64,000 bases of DNA. Origin: Candidatus Acidiferrum sp. Its GTDB lineage: Archaea > Micrarchaeota > Micrarchaeia > Micrarchaeales > Micrarchaeaceae. The stretch covers positions 9,848 to 73,847 of the forward strand of contig DATJLP010000007.1 of assembly GCA_035509375.1 (NCBI GenBank). Reading direction: 5' to 3'. A program made the position numbers and the translations under genes. A model generated the notes under the pieces. The model ran no database searches and was not told the origin of the DNA. It saw only the letters and a program-made list of their open reading frames with translations. How positions within the stretch are numbered: the stretch's first letter is position 1; the number at the start of each line of letters is the position of its first letter. Positions 62,748-64,000 of the stretch are shown one piece after another.

Positions 62748-63275
62748 CTAGTATTTCAAAAGCGAAACTATATCATGGCCGGCGAGTTTCTCCCTGCCCT
62801 TCAGGCCCTCGAGCTCTACCACGAAAGCGAACAAGGATACATTACCACCAAGCGATTTAATAAGTTCCGCTGCTGCCTTTGCGGTGCCTCCTGTTGCGAG
62901 GAGGTCGTCAACTATTGCGATGTTGTCGCCTTTCTTTACAGCGTCTTCGTGCACCTCTATGGTGGAGGTGCCGTACTCCAGCTCGTAGTCAAAGCTCACT
63001 CTCTTGTACGGCAGCTTTCCTTTTTTTCTTATTGTTATGATGCCTTTGTTGAGCTTGTATGCCACAGGTGCGCCTATCAAGAAACCTCTGGCCTCTATGC
63101 CGGCAACGTAGTCGATATCCTTGGTTGACATAAGGCGCGCCATCTCGTCTACACAGAGGGCGAACGCCCTCTTGTCCTGCAAAAGTGGGGTGATATCCTT
63201 GAAAGATATGCCTTTCTTTGGGAAATCCGGGATTTCCCTGATCTTTTCCTTGATTACCTGGATGGGAGAGTCCAT
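62748..63275 (-). CDS. apt: adenine phosphoribosyltransferase
   Basis: PRPP motif IAIVDDLLATGGTA. FKDITPLL is also present. Confidence 0.9.
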   Translation of the reverse strand: MDSPIQVIKEKIREIPDFPKKGISFKDITPLLQDKRAFALCVDEMARLMSTKDIDYVAGIEARGFLIGAPVAYKLNKGIITIRKKGKLPYKRVSFDYELEYGTSTIEVHEDAVKKGDNIAIVDDLLATGGTAKAAAELIKSLGGNVSLFAFVVELEGLKGREKLAGHDIVSLLKY

Positions 63276-63315
63276 ATCACTAATATCAAGTAAAGGTTTT
63301 TATCAGTATTAGGGC

Positions 63316-63492
63316 ATGTTTGACGGTGCTGCTTTGTCCAAAGAGGTATGTGAGATGTGCGGCGGCGCTTTTGACTGCATGGGGAAGGGCCTTAGGGTGT
63401 GCTGGTGCCTCAAGGCAAAGGTGAGCAGAGAGCGCTTATCAGAAATTAAGAAGGGCGCAAGGTCCTGCGTATGCGCCAAATGCCTTAGATGA
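63316..63492 (+). CDS. small cysteine-rich protein (Cys_rich_CWC-like)
   Basis: The 58-aa ORF is below the track cutoff. I translated it by hand: MFDGAALSKEVCEMCGGAFDCMGKGLRVCWCLKAKVSRERLSEIKKGARSCVCAKCLR. Confidence 0.5.
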   Translation: MFDGAALSKEVCEMCGGAFDCMGKGLRVCWCLKAKVSRERLSEIKKGARSCVCAKCLR

Positions 63493-63493
63493 A

Positions 63494-63566
63494 TGGGGCT
63501 GCCGAGATTTGAACTCGGACATCCAGCGCCCGAGGCTGGAGGTCTGCCAGGTTAGCGTACAGCCCC
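63494..63566 (-). tRNA. tRNA-Pro (CGG), weak D-stem
   Basis: Acceptor GGGGCUG/CAGCCCC, anticodon arm CCAGC-CUCGGGC-GCUGG, T arm CCGAG-UUCAAAU-CUCGG. The D-stem CGCU/GACC pairs poorly. Confidence 0.6.
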
Positions 63567-63636
63567 TGTAGAGGTTTTGCCTCACAGCCTATATTAATGT
63601 TTGAGTAGGCTGCGCGGCGATTGGTAAAATAGTTGA

Positions 63637-63966
63637 TTAAACTTCTTTTCCTACCATGCGGTCCAGTCGCTCGTACACCCTGTCGTCCGAAAGGAAATTT
63701 AGATGTCCGTCCAGCCTATCAACCCTCCTCTGTGATCTAACCAGCGCTGCTTCAACGTCGTCTTTGGTCACATGATAGTTTGGTATTTCAGAGTGCTGAA
63801 CTAGGTCGGAAAATGGATGCAAACGCCTCTCTATGTTTTTGGGGTCAAGACCAGCCACAACAGCAACTACGGCTTCTCTTGCTATGTATTCTGCCTCTTG
63901 CAGGTGGTTTCCTTTTGTCTGCTCCTCTTGCGCAGCTTTGTTGTATGCGCCTGCTGCTGCATTCAA
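63637..63966 (-). CDS. hypothetical protein (may extend beyond window end)
   Basis: The ORF has a TTG start in the track. The frame stays open upstream to position 64000, so the true start may lie outside the window. Confidence 0.35.
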   Translation of the reverse strand: MNAAAGAYNKAAQEEQTKGNHLQEAEYIAREAVVAVVAGLDPKNIERRLHPFSDLVQHSEIPNYHVTKDDVEAALVRSQRRVDRLDGHLNFLSDDRVYERLDRMVGKEV

Positions 63967-64000
63967 TAGAATTTTGCTGTTGAAGGTCGTGCCTGTAGGT

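Noticed and set aside
63494-63566. tRNA-Pro as a pseudogene because of the poorly paired D-stem
   Set aside because: The acceptor, anticodon and T arms are perfect and the length is normal. A weak D-stem alone is insufficient, so I kept it as a tRNA at reduced confidence.
1-64000. CRISPR arrays, transposases, integrases, and 16S or 5S rRNA
   Set aside because: I scanned intergenic regions and the ORF list. I found no regularly spaced direct repeats, no DDE or tyrosine-recombinase-like ORFs, and no SSU or 5S-like sequence. I cannot exclude small ncRNAs without covariance models.

Overview
The window is a gene-dense archaeal chromosome segment. Archaeal markers include PCNA, NAC, uL30/uL15, EndoQ, Dph6, TruD, Sua5, two beta-CASP RNases, a TFB-like protein and intron-containing tRNAs. 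I support about 65 protein genes, 6 tRNAs (3 with introns) and one orphan 23S rRNA with a flanking processing stem. No CRISPR array, transposase or integrase was seen.

Background composition is roughly 50-55% GC in the 60-nt lines I counted. Several AT-rich patches (about 30%) coincide with accessory-looking genes: a LAGLIDADG endonuclease, an APH-like kinase, vapBC, and parts of the surface-protein region.

Main content:
- ADP-forming acetyl-CoA synthetase.
- A polytopic-membrane double-AAA (CDC48-like) ATPase.
- Nickel superoxide dismutase with its maturation protease.
- A deaminated-base cluster (Ham1/ITPase, Nth, EndoQ).
- Glycosylation genes and a 1982-aa secreted, repeat-rich, sequon-rich surface protein next to a zinc-ribbon-less TFB paralog.
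- An aerobic module: cytochrome bd oxidase, SdhA, a membrane anchor, SdhB, an aspartase/fumarase-family lyase and malic enzyme.

The most interesting locus is a seven-gene, translationally coupled operon at 44971-49782. It encodes a VirB2-like two-helix pilin candidate, a VirB6/CedA-like polytopic protein, a membrane-anchored domain followed by a VirB4-type (DEAW) ATPase, and three unknown proteins. I interpret it as a minimal type-IV-secretion / Ced-Ted-like apparatus for DNA transfer or cell contact. No relaxase, coupling protein or integrase is present in the window.

The lineage guess (DPANN/Micrarchaeota-like, fast-evolving rRNA) is inference only. All homology calls come from motif recognition by eye and need HMM or structure searches.
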